Source of the DNA: Alphaproteobacteria bacterium | GTDB lineage: Bacteria > Pseudomonadota > Alphaproteobacteria > SMXP01 | NCBI GenBank assembly: GCA_028285305.1 | Contig: JANQPV010000004.1 | Span: 41,685-105,684 of the forward strand | DNA length: 64,000 nucleotides | Reading direction: 5' to 3' | Shown here: positions 21,063-31,700 of the stretch, piece after piece | How positions within the stretch are numbered: the stretch's first letter is position 1 | How the letters are laid out: each line of letters starts with the position of its first letter | The notes under the pieces: model-generated | Told to the model about the DNA's origin: nothing | Databases searched by the model: none | The model's input: the letters and a program-made list of their open reading frames with translations, nothing else | Made by a program: the position numbers and the translations under genes

Positions 21063-21368
21063 ATGAAGAAGCTGGCAATCTGCTGTGTACCTTTCATTCT
21101 TATGGGCTGCACTCAAGCACTGGAACAATCACAGACGGACGCCGGGGGACAAGCCGACATGCCGGAGGGAACCCAATGTGTGGTGGTTTGGAATGGGGCG
21201 AACGAGGCAAGCTCAGAGAATTCTGAAAGTACGGGCGATCAATCTCAGTCTGACCAATCCGCCCTGCAAAAGATCGATCTCGATGAAGGATCCGTCGTCT
21301 TGTTCCTCAGCGATCCCTGTGAAGACCTCGATCTCGACCAGGTAACCCAATCTATGGCCAGCTCATAA
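21063..21368 (+). CDS. small acidic lipoprotein (hypothetical)
   Basis: Lipobox FILMGC. Acidic, Ser/Gln-rich. Confidence 0.4.
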   Translation: MKKLAICCVPFILMGCTQALEQSQTDAGGQADMPEGTQCVVVWNGANEASSENSESTGDQSQSDQSALQKIDLDEGSVVLFLSDPCEDLDLDQVTQSMASS

Positions 21369-21509
21369 TCGGTTCGCCCGAGAGAACATGACTCTCTAAC
21401 TTGTGCAAACCAGGCCGGTCGACGCCCGGATGAGATTCTAATGCTTCAGGCACTTCGTTAGAATACGAAGTGTGATTCTACCGTCCAACGACAAGACTGA
21501 AACAGCTAT

Positions 21510-22223
21510 ATGTCCGAACGCCAAATCGCGCTTGACACGGAAACGACCGGTTTCAAACCGGAAGAAGGCCACAGAATCGTGGAAATCGGATGCGTAGAAT
21601 TGGAGAATTTCATTCCCACCGGCGAAGTCTACCATGTCTACACAAACCCACAACGGGACATGCCGACTGAGGCGTTCAATGTTCACGGCCTTTCTACCGA
21701 GTTCCTCGCGTCAAAACCGCTCTTCAATGAAATCGCCGGAGATTTTCTCGAGTTCGTTGGTACATCACCACTCGTAATTCACAATGCGGCCTTCGACATG
21801 GCTTTCCTAAATGCGGAACTCCGCTGGGATAACCGCGAAGAACTACAGAACAAGACGATTGATACATTAAGCATCGCACGCAAGAAGTTCCCAAGCGGAT
21901 CAAATTCCTTGGACGCCCTATGCCGCCGCTTCAATATCGACGCGAGCAGCCGCCACAAACACGGTGCACTTATAGATGCAGAGCTTTTGGCCGAAGTCTA
22001 TTTGGAGCTGATCGGTGGACGCCAGCAAAGTCTGGGTCTATTGGACGAGAAAAAGCGCAGCGCAAAGAGGGCGGAGCAGGCTGTGAAGCAGCGCCGCGAA
22101 CGGCGCAATCTCACACTCATCACAGACGAAGAGCGCCGCGCGCATCTCGACTTCGTCGAAAAAAAGCTTGGGGACAACCCAATCTGGAAACAAATGGGCC
22201 GGGCTGAACTTGACCGGTCATAA
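21510..22223 (+). CDS. dnaQ: DNA polymerase III subunit epsilon (3'-5' exonuclease)
   Basis: Exo I DTETTG, Exo II and Exo III (HGALIDAELL). Confidence 0.9.
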   Translation: MSERQIALDTETTGFKPEEGHRIVEIGCVELENFIPTGEVYHVYTNPQRDMPTEAFNVHGLSTEFLASKPLFNEIAGDFLEFVGTSPLVIHNAAFDMAFLNAELRWDNREELQNKTIDTLSIARKKFPSGSNSLDALCRRFNIDASSRHKHGALIDAELLAEVYLELIGGRQQSLGLLDEKKRSAKRAEQAVKQRRERRNLTLITDEERRAHLDFVEKKLGDNPIWKQMGRAELDRS

Positions 22224-22307
22224 ACGGTAAAGCCGCCGAACACAAAAATGCCGCGTCGCCTGGTTCAGGTGACGCGGCTAATTTACTCAATTCAAAGTTG
22301 GAACCAA

Positions 22308-24521
22308 CTAAACGTCCCGCAAGTTTTGATCCTTAATCGGAAGATTTCTCACGCGCTTGCCAGTGGCGGCAAAGATCGCGTTCAAAACCGCCGGCGGTGC
22401 GACTGCGATCGTCGGTTCTCCAACCCCGCCCCAGAAGCCACCTGACGGCATCACGATCGTCTCGACAACGGGCATTTCGGAAATCCGCATCGAGTTGAAC
22501 GTGTCGAAGTTCTGCTCCACAGCTTCGCCGTTCTCAAAGCTGACTTCACCGTGAAGCATCGCCGACAGGCCATAAACGAATGAGCCTTCGACTTGTGCTT
22601 CCACCTGTTGCGGATTGACGACGATGCCCGGATCAGTCGCGGCAACGATCCGGTCGATCTTCAAACGGCCGTCTTCGTCCACCGTGACTTCGGCGCAGGC
22701 GGCCGTGTAGGCCGCAAACGAGTAAAATCCGGCAAGCCCTCGGGCCTTCCCGTCATTCGAACCCCACCCGGCCTTATCGGCAACGGCCTGAAGAACTGCG
22801 GCCATTTTCGGGCTGTCCTTTAGATGCGCCAATCGAAATTCAAGTGGGTCCCGACCCGCCGCATGGGCAAACTCGTCCATCGCACATTCCAAATAAATGG
22901 CGTTCTGGTTGGCATTCACTCCGCGCCAAAAACCAGGCCGCACGGGCGGATTGCGCATCGCATGGTCGAACAACATGTTGTCGAACGAATACTTCAGCGC
23001 GTGAATATCGAGCTGGGGACTGAGACCCGAGGCGACCGTGCCTTGGAACGTGGCTAGGTCTGCTCCGTTTTGCAAAAGATCAGGCAACAAAGCCGCCAAG
23101 ATCGATTGACCGGAGACGCGCAAATGAATGCCGGTCAAATTTCCCTCGGCATCGAGAGCTCCTCTCGCAAGGCCCTTCGTCGTGGGATGAAAGAACCCCT
23201 GCCGCATGTCCTCTTCGCGCGTCCACATCAACTTAATGGGTGTACCCGGCATCTGTTTGGCAAGACTGATTGCTTGCGCCACGTAGTCGCCGGCACCGCG
23301 TCGGCCAAAACCACCGCCCAGGTGCACCTTGTAGACTTCGCATTGTTCGATTGGCAGACCGGAGGCCTCTGCCGCCGCCGCGAGGGCGTTCTCACCGTTC
23401 TGCGTCGGACACCAAACCTCGCACTTGTCTTCCGTCCATAAGGCGGTCGCATTCATGGGTTCCATGCAGGCGTGGTTCTGGTGGGGCATACGGTAGGTGG
23501 CTTCAACAACTTGAGCTGCACTGGCAAAGGCTGCCTCAACGTCACCGGCCTGATTGCCCACATAGGCCTCTTTGGCGGTTAGCCCCTCTTCCAAATCAGC
23601 TTCAAAGGCGGCGCTTGAATAGTCGGCATTTCCACCTTCCCATTCGATCGGCAATGCTTCGAGGGCCGTATTGGCCTGCCACCATGTGTCCGCGATGACC
23701 GCAACGGCTGTATCGTCCACCTTGGCGACCATTCGGACACCTGGCATTGACTCCACGGCGGCGGCGTCAAAGCTCTTAAGCTTGCCGTTGCGAACCGGGC
23801 AAGCTTTCACCGACGCATTCAGCATACCATCCAATTGAATGTCCGAACCGAAAACCTGCTTACCGGTAATCTTGTCTGGGGTGTCCAGTCTCAAAACCGG
23901 CTGGCCGGCAACTTTCCAATCTTTTTCGTCTTTGAGTGTGACCTCAAAAGGCGGAGACAATTCCGCAGCGGCCGCTGCAACGGCGCCATAAGTCGTGGTT
24001 TTGCCGCTAGGACCGTGGCTGATGACACTCTTGGCGGCTGAACACTCCTCCACCGGAACACCCCATTCGGTGGCCGCCGCTTCAATCAGCATCATTCGGG
24101 CTGCCGCCCCGCCTTCACGGACATAGTCATGGCTCTCGCGAATACCGCGGCTGCCGCCAGTCGCGAAATCCTTCCACACGCGATCCCGCCTCAAATTCTC
24201 ACCGGGTGTCGGATATTCGGTCACCACCTTATCCCAATCGCACTCAAGTTCTTCTGCAACCAATTGGGCAAGGCCGGTCAGGGTGCCCTGTCCCATTTCC
24301 GAGCGTGCAATTCGGATGGTCACGACATCGTCGCTGGCGATATGCACCCAGGCATTAACTTCAGGAAAAGGTTCTGCATCAGGTGTGGGCCCTTGCTCAA
24401 TTACATCTGCAACAACGTCTTCGACTTGGTCACAGCCAGCTAAGAACGAGATGCTGAGACCCGTACCGGCCGCCCCAATAACAAATCCGCGCCGGGAAAG
24501 TTTAAATTGTTCCGTCATCAA
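22308..24521 (-). CDS. molybdopterin-binding subunit of an aldehyde/isoquinoline oxidoreductase (xanthine dehydrogenase family, IorB-like), Tat-exported
   Basis: Tat motif SRRGFVIGAAG. 737 aa with aldehyde oxidase/xanthine dehydrogenase MoCo-binding segments. Adjacent to the 2Fe-2S subunit. Confidence 0.85.
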   Translation of the reverse strand: MMTEQFKLSRRGFVIGAAGTGLSISFLAGCDQVEDVVADVIEQGPTPDAEPFPEVNAWVHIASDDVVTIRIARSEMGQGTLTGLAQLVAEELECDWDKVVTEYPTPGENLRRDRVWKDFATGGSRGIRESHDYVREGGAAARMMLIEAAATEWGVPVEECSAAKSVISHGPSGKTTTYGAVAAAAAELSPPFEVTLKDEKDWKVAGQPVLRLDTPDKITGKQVFGSDIQLDGMLNASVKACPVRNGKLKSFDAAAVESMPGVRMVAKVDDTAVAVIADTWWQANTALEALPIEWEGGNADYSSAAFEADLEEGLTAKEAYVGNQAGDVEAAFASAAQVVEATYRMPHQNHACMEPMNATALWTEDKCEVWCPTQNGENALAAAAEASGLPIEQCEVYKVHLGGGFGRRGAGDYVAQAISLAKQMPGTPIKLMWTREEDMRQGFFHPTTKGLARGALDAEGNLTGIHLRVSGQSILAALLPDLLQNGADLATFQGTVASGLSPQLDIHALKYSFDNMLFDHAMRNPPVRPGFWRGVNANQNAIYLECAMDEFAHAAGRDPLEFRLAHLKDSPKMAAVLQAVADKAGWGSNDGKARGLAGFYSFAAYTAACAEVTVDEDGRLKIDRIVAATDPGIVVNPQQVEAQVEGSFVYGLSAMLHGEVSFENGEAVEQNFDTFNSMRISEMPVVETIVMPSGGFWGGVGEPTIAVAPPAVLNAIFAATGKRVRNLPIKDQNLRDV

Positions 24522-24530
24522 TCCGTCTCC

Positions 24531-24980
24531 CTACGCTTTTGTCTTGGCCAAATGGATACCTTTGCGCACCCGCGCCAGAGTACCGCATCGGCAGATATTC
24601 GTGATTTCCGCATCAATATCTTCATCGGTGGGATTGGGATTGCTGTTAAGCATACCGGCAACCGCCATGATCATGCCGGGCTGACAAAAGCCGCACTGGG
24701 GCACATCGATCTCCTGCCAGGCCTGTTGCACGGGATGACTTCCATCGTCGGACAGACCCTCGATCGTGGTGATTTCTCCCATTTGAGACGCCGCGGAGAC
24801 AGGCACGACACACGACCGGACCGATTGACCGTTCACGTGGACAGTGCAGGCGCCGCATTGCGCAATCCCGCAGCCATATTTGGTTCCGGTCAGTCCGAGC
24901 TGTTCTCTCAGCACCCATAAAAGAGGTGTGTTCTCGTCGACCTCGACATCCACCTCATTGCCATTAACGGTAAGTTTCAC
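24531..24980 (-). CDS. (2Fe-2S)-binding small subunit of aldehyde oxidoreductase (IorA-like)
   Basis: [12 protein letters not shown] and CGFCQPG cysteine clusters. Confidence 0.85.
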   Translation of the reverse strand: MKLTVNGNEVDVEVDENTPLLWVLREQLGLTGTKYGCGIAQCGACTVHVNGQSVRSCVVPVSAASQMGEITTIEGLSDDGSHPVQQAWQEIDVPQCGFCQPGMIMAVAGMLNSNPNPTDEDIDAEITNICRCGTLARVRKGIHLAKTKA

Positions 24981-25256
24981 GCTACCTCTCTCCTCTGCTG
25001 GTCATCTTCGGCCCTCGCAATCTCAGCCGTGTCCTTGGGCTGAATACGAAACTCAGCCGAACGGAGATCCTTAAAGGGGATCTATGACATGTTTTAGGGT
25101 GTTCTGATTGCGTAGCGCAAGTGACCGCCGTTCACTTTTGGAAATATCGTGGACGCGATCCACGGCGAGGCTGCTTGCTCGCCCATGCGGGCTGTGGTTC
25201 AACAAAAAAACCAATCGTCGAACCGCGAGTTTCTGATCAAAGCCCCGGGAGCCAAC

Positions 25257-26411
<1,155 letters not shown>

Positions 26412-26485
26412 GAGCCTTTGAGCACTGCTATCAATCCCATTGAGGTGACACACGAGCAGTGGTCTCGTTGAGAGGCACGATCCCA

Positions 26486-26637
26486 CCTCCCCCTTGAGGG
26501 GAGGTCGAAAACATGATCACATCATGTTTTCGGGTGGGGGCAACTGATAGCTCCCCCTCATCCTGGCCTTCTCCCCCAAGGGGAGAAGGGACGAAAATCG
26601 AGAGATGATGACGAGCCCTCTCCCCTCGGGGAGAGGG
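26486..26637. repeat. cluster of GC-rich REP-like palindromes (three related hairpins plus one AT-rich perfect palindrome)
   Basis: The three related hairpins are CCTCCCC-CTTGA-GGGGAGG (26486-26504), CTTCTCCCC-CAA-GGGGAGAAG (26568-26588) and CCCTCTCCCC-TC-GGGGAGAGGG (26616-26637). The fourth is GAAAACATGAT-CAC-ATCATGTTTTC (26507-26531). Confidence 0.55.
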
Positions 26638-27855
26638 TTGGGTGAGGGGGCTCCAAAACCAAAGCCAGCAAATGAGATCGAGCCAATCGCAGTGAAGACT
26701 TTGTCGCTTTTTGCCACGGCTATCGTGGTAGTTATCCTCGCCGCCGCCCTCTGGCTCCCCGGCTATCTGGAGCGCGGCCAAAACCAGCTCGCATCCGCAG
26801 GTCCGTTCTCCGTATCCAGCTCGGCGGAAGACTTCCACAACACCCTTTTCATCGCGGACCTCCATTCCGACACGCTGTTGTGGCACCGGGATCCTTTGAA
26901 ATTGGCAAATCGCGGCCACGTGGATGTGCCTCGCCTGAAAGAAGGCAACGTTGCGCTGCAAGTCTTCTCGGCAGTCACCAAGGCGCCCCAAGGCCAGAAC
27001 TACGTCCGCAATGATGCCGACAGCGACATGATCACCTATTTGGTTCTGACACAGCGCTGGCCCCGGCCCACTTGGACCAGCTTGACAGAGCGCGCCCTCT
27101 ACCAAGCCGAACGACTCCACAAGGCAGAGGCCGCCGCTCCGGACAAAATCAAAATCGTTCTGACCACGAAAGATCTGGACGAAGTGGTTGCCGCCCGAGA
27201 CCGGGGCGAGGATCTCTTAGGCGCCATGCTCGCAACCGAAGGCTCCCATGCTCTCGACGGAGAGCTGGCGAACATCGAGCGTCTCTATGATGCCGGCTAT
27301 CGCATCATGGGTCTCCATCATTTCTTTGACAACAAGCTGGGCGGGTCTCTCCACGGGATCAGCCAGGCGGGGCTCACCGACTTTGGACGCCAAGCCGTCG
27401 AGGAAATGCTCCGTCAAGGCATCATCCTCGATCTGGCGCACTCCTCCCAAACGGTGGCCCGCGAAGTTCTTGCCATGACCGACAAGCCGGTGATCGTCTC
27501 CCACACGGGCCTCAAAGGCGCCTGTGATACCCCGCGCAACTTCGAAGACGATCTCATGAAGGACATCGCCGCAGAAGGGGGCCTCGTCGGCATCGGCTAT
27601 TGGGAAGGCGCCATCTGCGATATCTCACCGAGGGGCGTAGCCAAGATGATCAAATATGGTGTTGATCTCGTCGGCGCCGATCACATTGCTCTGGGCTCGG
27701 ACTATGACGGCTCGACGACCGTCAGCTTCGACACCTCAGAGCTGAGCGTTCTCACCGAAGAATTGCTCAAAGCTGGTGTCTCTCAAGACGACATCGCCAA
27801 AATCATGGGCGGGAATATCTTGAAGTTCTTGAGAGAGAATCTACCTAATTCATAG
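26605..27855 (+). CDS. membrane dipeptidase (peptidase family M19, renal dipeptidase-like)
   Basis: IADLHSDTLLW and HxD/metal-binding motifs. N-terminal signal anchor. The first ~29 codons are translated repeat sequence, so the true start may be the in-frame GTG at 26692. Confidence 0.75.
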   Translation: MMTSPLPSGRGLGEGAPKPKPANEIEPIAVKTLSLFATAIVVVILAAALWLPGYLERGQNQLASAGPFSVSSSAEDFHNTLFIADLHSDTLLWHRDPLKLANRGHVDVPRLKEGNVALQVFSAVTKAPQGQNYVRNDADSDMITYLVLTQRWPRPTWTSLTERALYQAERLHKAEAAAPDKIKIVLTTKDLDEVVAARDRGEDLLGAMLATEGSHALDGELANIERLYDAGYRIMGLHHFFDNKLGGSLHGISQAGLTDFGRQAVEEMLRQGIILDLAHSSQTVAREVLAMTDKPVIVSHTGLKGACDTPRNFEDDLMKDIAAEGGLVGIGYWEGAICDISPRGVAKMIKYGVDLVGADHIALGSDYDGSTTVSFDTSELSVLTEELLKAGVSQDDIAKIMGGNILKFLRENLPNS

Positions 27856-27868
27856 AGCCGCAATCCAT

Positions 27869-28348
27869 ATGACCGACACCAAAGTCCGCCCTGCCATGGC
27901 GGCGGATCAACCCTCTCTCGAACATCTGGCAACCGCCACCGGACTTTTCCAACCCTCTGAAATGTCCGAATTCAGCGCCATGATGGACGCCTTCTTTGCA
28001 GGAGAGACCGAGGGCGACTTTTGGTTTGTGGGCGAACAAGAAGGTAGGATCGTAAGTGCCGGCTACTGCGGACCCGAAGCCTTTGCCGATCGCGTCTACA
28101 ATCTGTACTTCATTGCCGTTGAACCCTCGCTTCAAGGCGGCGGTCACGGTTCGGCTATTCTTCACGCCGTTGAGCAGAAGGTCCGGGCGGAGGACGGCCG
28201 CATCCTCATCATCGAAACGTCCGGACTGGGATCCTTTGAATTGACTCGCCGGTTCTACCGCAAACACAGCTACGATGAAGAAGCCCGCATCCGCGAGTAT
28301 TACGGCCCGGGCGACGACAAGGTGATGTTCTGGAAGAAACTCTCGTAG
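27869..28348 (+). CDS. GNAT family N-acetyltransferase
   Basis: QGGGHGSAIL acetyl-CoA motif. Confidence 0.7.
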   Translation: MTDTKVRPAMAADQPSLEHLATATGLFQPSEMSEFSAMMDAFFAGETEGDFWFVGEQEGRIVSAGYCGPEAFADRVYNLYFIAVEPSLQGGGHGSAILHAVEQKVRAEDGRILIIETSGLGSFELTRRFYRKHSYDEEARIREYYGPGDDKVMFWKKLS

Positions 28349-28389
28349 CGATCCTTATTAAAAGGGGTCAGAGCTCTTTAAACTGATAA

Positions 28390-29172
28390 TCAGCTTATGG
28401 TTTTCAAGTATCCAGACAAAATCTCATTGAACGTCTCGGGCTGTTCGAAATAGGGCGAGTGGCCGGAATTGGGCACGATCTCCATCCGTCCGTTGGCAAA
28501 GGCTGGAACCAATCCCTCCAATGACGCGGGGGGCCAGATGGCGTCATGGGCCCCCGCGATGAGTAAGAACGGACACGCCACCTCAGACAATCGCTCCATG
28601 GGCACCATCGTCTCGGGATCAAAGAGCGATTGCGCCGCAGACGGATCAAAACCCGTATTGAACGCATTCACCTGCTCATAGAGATAGGCTTTGGCTGGAT
28701 TTGTCCGCTCCAATTCGGCCCCAAGCGCGATGGAAGCGGGGCCGCGCTCATCCATTTTGGCAAAGCTGGCAAGGGCTGAATCGATCGCCGGTTGATGCGC
28801 GATTCCGCCCATGGTGCAGCTGAAGACCAGACCGTTCACGCGCTCCGGCGCATCAAGGGCAAGGCGGATGCCCGTCCACCCGCCAAGCGACTGGCAAACG
28901 ACGGTGGCGGTGGACAGACCCGCCGCGTCCATCACGGCTTGGGCGTCCCCCGACAAGGCGGAACTTTCGATGGCCCTATCGGGCGCTGTTGAACGTCCAA
29001 AGGCCCGGTGGTCATAAACGACCACTTTGTGCGTCTTGGCAAAGACCTCCACTTGCTGCCACCAGATGGCGGCGTTGCCGCCGGCCCCGTGAATGAACAG
29101 CAATCCCGGCCTGTCGCCGGCGGTGAACCAATGAACATCCGCGCCCGCGTGATGTGTGATGGGCATGTCCAT
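28390..29172 (-). CDS. alpha/beta hydrolase (3-oxoadipate enol-lactonase-like)
   Basis: LLFIHGAGGN, nucleophile elbow CQSLGGW and C-terminal His. Start set at the ATG at 29172; the longer ORF begins at TTG. Confidence 0.75.
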   Translation of the reverse strand: MDMPITHHAGADVHWFTAGDRPGLLFIHGAGGNAAIWWQQVEVFAKTHKVVVYDHRAFGRSTAPDRAIESSALSGDAQAVMDAAGLSTATVVCQSLGGWTGIRLALDAPERVNGLVFSCTMGGIAHQPAIDSALASFAKMDERGPASIALGAELERTNPAKAYLYEQVNAFNTGFDPSAAQSLFDPETMVPMERLSEVACPFLLIAGAHDAIWPPASLEGLVPAFANGRMEIVPNSGHSPYFEQPETFNEILSGYLKTIS

Positions 29173-29590
29173 ACTCTCCGTTCTTACGATCCGTCTAACG
29201 TTCAAGAGTTTTAGGAAACGTACGCCTCATCGGCAACTGAGCGTGCACGTGGATGGTTGTGATGGTGCGCAGATACTTGGTCGATCATGACCAATATCAG
29301 GTATCGCGCGAAATCGAAGTGGGTCTTTTGCGCGGGCCTGAGTTCGTCGGAAACGACGGGGATCAAGCTATCGTGAATGTGCGCAGAGTTTACTGGGCGA
29401 CGTTTATCGGAAGAAAATCGAAGAGCAATCGGACAGGCCTCAATTGCATATCATAACGTCCTTTATGATATACTATATTTAGCTCATACGGTGCCGCTAA
29501 TTGGATATTTTGCACGAATAACGGCGAGAACCTTGACACTACACGTATTAAGGTAAAGGCTCTCGTTTCCACTATTATGAGGAGAGATAG

Positions 29591-30001
29591 ATGTCTCAGG
29601 ATCTAAATAACTTAATAGCAGAACTCCAAGCTGACGATCAGAAATTTCAGGAATTCGTGAATCATCCTGGATTGTTCTTGCAAGGCAGGGGCATGAATGA
29701 AGAAGACGCATCTACAGCAGCAGCTTTGGCCACGAGAGCTAACAGACTTCTGACATTCACACCAACGACGTTGGCTGAGCTTTCCAATGAATTGGGAAGT
29801 GTGAATTTCGATAATCCAGGCGTCGTGTCGGCATTCACAGACAATTTTACCGATAACTATTCAGATAATGATCACTATACAGATAGTTACACGAATTCAA
29901 ATGGGCGAATGAGCGTTGATGCTTGGACGCGCCGGCTCGTCACCGATAGAGGTCTGGATATCTCAGGCATTCCTGGATCTGGATTCAGCGATCTACCATG
30001 A
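29591..30001 (+). CDS. candidate RiPP precursor peptide (leader plus Cys-free, aromatic/Asp/Asn-rich core)
   Basis: RBS GAGGAGAGATAG precedes the ATG. It is 49 bp upstream of and co-oriented with a radical-SAM/SPASM gene. The C-terminal half contains SAFTDNFTDNYSDNDHYTDSYTNSNG with repeated aromatic-X-(D/N) triplets. No Cys. Low-GC islet. Confidence 0.5.
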   Translation: MSQDLNNLIAELQADDQKFQEFVNHPGLFLQGRGMNEEDASTAAALATRANRLLTFTPTTLAELSNELGSVNFDNPGVVSAFTDNFTDNYSDNDHYTDSYTNSNGRMSVDAWTRRLVTDRGLDISGIPGSGFSDLP

Positions 30002-30049
30002 AGTCAAAGTCCTAAGCTACCTAGCCGTTCGTTCGCATCTGTTTGGAAA

Positions 30050-31474
30050 ATGCAACTAAATTTTTCATTTAGACAAATTGATAATGGTTATTTTTTAGCC
30101 AACACTATCGGTCAATGGCACTTCTTATCCAGAAAACAATTTGATGACCTAAATCGGCAGTCAGCGGGTCCGAGGCTGTTAGATGAGCTTGAGGAAAGAT
30201 ATCTCGTACTGACTGAGAAAAATAGGAAGGCTTACCTAAAAGAAAAAGCTTTGTGGGATAACAATCCGCACCAAGAACGACATCAAATCGTTATCGTCCA
30301 CCTTACACAGCGGTGCAATCTGACGTGCCAGTATTGCCATTCCGCGGCAATATCTCCCGATGCAAAAGGGAGAGACTTGAGTCCTGAGCTGGCGGAAAGA
30401 GTCTGCAATTTCGTTGCAACCATGCAGAAAGATCAAATCACAATAGCGTTCCAAGGTGGAGAGCCCGCTTTGCAGGTCGATGAAATAGAGCTCATTTGCA
30501 AGACCTTGCTGGAAGATAGGAGGAACAGGTCCAAAGAAATTCGGTTCGGTGTCACTACAAACGGCACGATCCATTCCACCCAGTTCTTACAACTAATTAG
30601 CCGATACCAAATAGCGACGACAGTATCTTTGGATGGTCCGCAGGACATACACGATTCACTCCGAAAAGATTATGATGGGGCGGGATCATTTCAAAGAGCT
30701 CTAAAATTTAAGGAATTGCTTCGCGAGCATGCTCCAGCCTGCGCAAGTGGATCTATAATGGTTCTGACTCGGGATGGAATCAGCAGGGTTCAAGAAATAA
30801 TTGATCAGTATATCGAGTTCGGTCAATCAGTACTGCGGCTGAAAGCAGTCACGAGGTTAGGAAAGGCCAAGTCTACCTGGGATCAAAGCAGCATTACATT
30901 TGAAGAATATTGGGATGCGTATAAAATCGCTCACCAATACATGATTGACCATTACGCAGAGCGAAGAAACATTACGGTAGAGCACAGTGTGCTAACTTTC
31001 TTGCGCAAACTGTTTGAAAAACGAAACGTTGGCGATGTAGATACAAAAAACCCCTGTGGTATTGTGAACGGTATCGTGAGCATTGACGTGGATGGCCGTA
31101 TATATGCCTGCCATGAAACGAAGCGCCAAAAAAAGTTCCTATTGGGAAGCGTGTCCCAAGATGCTGAATCTGTCTTAACCTCGGCGCGGGCTGTAGCAAT
31201 ACGAAGTATGACAGATCTATCAGGCGTCAGCGAGTGTAATCAATGTGCGTACTACTCTTATTGCACTCCGTGCCCTGCACATAACTTCCAAGCTACCGGG
31301 GACCCAACGATTCGTCCTTACGAAAGTTGGGAGTGCAAAAAAACGATCGCCCTCGGTGACTTGGTGCTGAGTAACTTCCAGCAGAATGCCAGCTACTACG
31401 TGGACAGCTGGAAGACGTGGAGAATGAGTCATGATTTTGCGAACCTTCTGTCGACCGACGCGACCAGAATTTAG
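30050..31474 (+). CDS. radical SAM / SPASM-domain peptide-modifying enzyme with N-terminal RRE-like extension
   Basis: CNLTCQYC (CX3CX2C) lies ~95 aa from the N-terminus, with a GGEP-like segment after it. The C-terminal SPASM cysteines are CGIVNG...YACHE and CNQCAYYSYCTPC. Confidence 0.85.
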   Translation: MQLNFSFRQIDNGYFLANTIGQWHFLSRKQFDDLNRQSAGPRLLDELEERYLVLTEKNRKAYLKEKALWDNNPHQERHQIVIVHLTQRCNLTCQYCHSAAISPDAKGRDLSPELAERVCNFVATMQKDQITIAFQGGEPALQVDEIELICKTLLEDRRNRSKEIRFGVTTNGTIHSTQFLQLISRYQIATTVSLDGPQDIHDSLRKDYDGAGSFQRALKFKELLREHAPACASGSIMVLTRDGISRVQEIIDQYIEFGQSVLRLKAVTRLGKAKSTWDQSSITFEEYWDAYKIAHQYMIDHYAERRNITVEHSVLTFLRKLFEKRNVGDVDTKNPCGIVNGIVSIDVDGRIYACHETKRQKKFLLGSVSQDAESVLTSARAVAIRSMTDLSGVSECNQCAYYSYCTPCPAHNFQATGDPTIRPYESWECKKTIALGDLVLSNFQQNASYYVDSWKTWRMSHDFANLLSTDATRI

Positions 31475-31700
31475 CTACGTTCTGGACGCGTAAATCTGGC
31501 AAAATTATTACAGCCAACAGAAGGAACTGAGATGGGGGGTTAAAGAAGCTATGGATGGGGCTTCTGCCTTTGTATCGGTCGTTGAGAAAGTTTTTGATCG
31601 CATAGTAAATGTCGGCGACAGAACTAAACGTCGTGAAGAAATTGCACGCTTGCATCAGCTGCTAAGTTAAGTCCGTATAGCGAGGACACTCAATGTCGGA

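Noticed and set aside
26517-26717. 66-aa minus-strand ORF
   Set aside because: It is the translation of the REP-like palindrome cluster (PLPEGRG... peptides). Not a gene.
29253-29456. 67-aa plus-strand ORF between the hydrolase and the precursor gene
   Set aside because: No RBS, no recognisable features, and it lies in the promoter/leader region of the rSAM cassette. Probably non-coding, though a small regulatory protein cannot be fully excluded.
29533-29561. Sigma70-like promoter (TTGACA at 29533-29538) upstream of the precursor gene
   Set aside because: The -35 is perfect but I cannot find a convincing -10 hexamer at 16-18 bp spacing (only TAAAGG/GGTAAA). Not reported as a feature.
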